From positions 124,001 through 188,000 of the forward strand of contig NW_003314348.1 in assembly GCF_000143415.4 (NCBI RefSeq): DNA of 64,000 bases, written 5' to 3'. Positions 62,711-64,000 of this stretch are shown here, piece by piece. The DNA comes from Selaginella moellendorffii. Lineage: Eukaryota > Plantae > Lycopodiophyta. The position numbers and the translations under genes are program-made. Within the stretch, counting starts at the first letter, position 1, and each line of letters starts with the position of its first letter. The notes under the pieces are model-generated. The model was not told where the DNA came from. It saw nothing but the letters and a program-made list of their open reading frames with translations, and did no database searches.

Positions 62711-64000
62711 ATGAGAGCATTGAGGAGCATGAAGGCGATGCTCGCCTTGGGTGGGATTACTGCGGTGTGGCTCTTCTTCCAATGGATCATGCTTCTAGGT
62801 ACCAACATTGGATCTATCTCCTCAAATCCTCTTCCTATCGTTTTTTTGGTTTGGATTTCTAGTTCCAAAGCCCTGGGTTTCTCTATCGCATGAAGATAAG
62901 AGCACATTGAAGGAGTTCCATGGTAAATTTCATCAGTGTGTTGTAAGTGCTGGCGAGCTTATCAAGTTTTATCCTGGCTGCGATGATTTGCTTGCAGCGA
63001 ACAAACGGGATTGGAATCTACAGCAGGTCTATGGATTACTGCACTGCAAACTTCTACTTTTCTCATGATACTGAAGCGAAATGGGTATGCTTCAATAGTT
63101 TTCATGGTTGTTTTGATCTCCTCGCTTGTTTTATAGACGGATCCAAAGACTGGAAATCTCGAGCCTCTCACTTACAATCTGGATTTGTGCGAGGCAATGA
63201 GAATCTGGGAACAAGTGAGATTTTTTTTGGTTTCTTGACATCTTTTTTTGCTTATACATGAATGAACTTAAAATTTGCTCCAGGTTCGCAACAGCAGTAC
63301 GATTCTTACAAAGGAATACATCGATGGTTTACCAAATGGCTGGCATGACTACGCTTGGAAGAGAATCAACAAAGGCATTTTGCTGTATGTGATTCTTTTT
63401 CTTTTGGTTTTAATACCATTAAACATGACAACGCACAGGAGAAATTGCGAGGATAAAAAGCTGTGCTTGGATAAACTATCGAAAGTGCTGCCAGATACTC
63501 CACCCTTTGTGCCTCGTCAATTTGGACGCTGTGCTGTTGTGGGAAATTCTGGTGACTTGCTCAAGGCAAAGTTTGGCAGGGAAATAGACGGCTTCGACGC
63601 TGTAGTAAGGCATAATGGTGCTCCAATAGAGGTAAATGATTTTTTTCTTTACGATTCGTGTTATCATTCGATATCCTGATAGTTCGTGACAGAACTATAC
63701 AGATTATGTTGGCTCCAAGCGTAGCTTTCGACTTCTCAACCGCGGATCTGCCAAGGCGCTGGACAAAGTAGCAGAATTGGATGGTTAGTAGCTTTAAGTT
63801 TTTGATGTTCTATAGTTAAATGGATATCTCAGGAACGGGAAAGGAAGTTCTGATTGTCAAAACCACGATCCATGACGTGATGACGAAAATGATCAAGGTA
63901 ATCTTTCTGTCGTCTCTGGTTTCTCGTTTAAGCTCTGTAGTTTCATCAGGAAATACCGATCATCAATCCAGTTTATTTGATGCTCGGTGCGTCCTTAAGC
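62711..64000 (+). CDS. Sialyltransferase-like glycosyltransferase family 29 (SIA1/MGP2-like), truncated by the window end
   Basis: N-terminal [26 protein letters not shown], sialylmotif [12 protein letters not shown]...[31 protein letters not shown]. Confidence 0.88.

Overview
Eukaryotic plant nuclear DNA. Short (about 45-150 nt) introns and GC-rich compact genes alternate with very AT-rich decayed-transposon blocks. The source is most likely the lycophyte Selaginella (probably S. moellendorffii), inferred from the head-to-head COMT / F5H-type P450 (CYP788A1-like) pair at 44.2-47.8 kb, which matches the published syringyl-lignin gene pair as I recall it. Genes in order: CYP72-clan P450 (-), CYP71-clan P450, beta-tubulin, ACT-domain-repeat protein, PERK receptor kinase, second CYP72-clan P450 (+) followed by a pseudogene fragment, GYF protein (EXA1/GIGYF-like), divergent mitochondrial CPN60, COMT, F5H, ArfGAP, atypical CCR-like SDR, chalcone-isomerase-like (CHIL), and a GT29 sialyltransferase-like gene cut by the window end. 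Mobile DNA: (1) a structurally complete 5-kb non-chromoviral Ty3/gypsy element with 174-bp LTRs, a 4-bp TSD, a tRNA-Ala PBS and a -1 frameshift pseudoknot; (2) a heavily C>T/G>A-mutated relic of the same family; (3) about 7 copies or fragments of a Cassandra-like TRIM whose LTRs carry a 5S-rRNA segment, reciprocally nested with a ~1.3-kb LTR family. Best leads: the lycophyte Cassandra-like TRIMs and their nesting, RIP-like directional hypermutation of repeats, and a possible wider phenylpropanoid neighbourhood (COMT-F5H plus two probably non-catalytic helpers, CCR-like and CHIL). All coordinates were read by eye and no searches were run.
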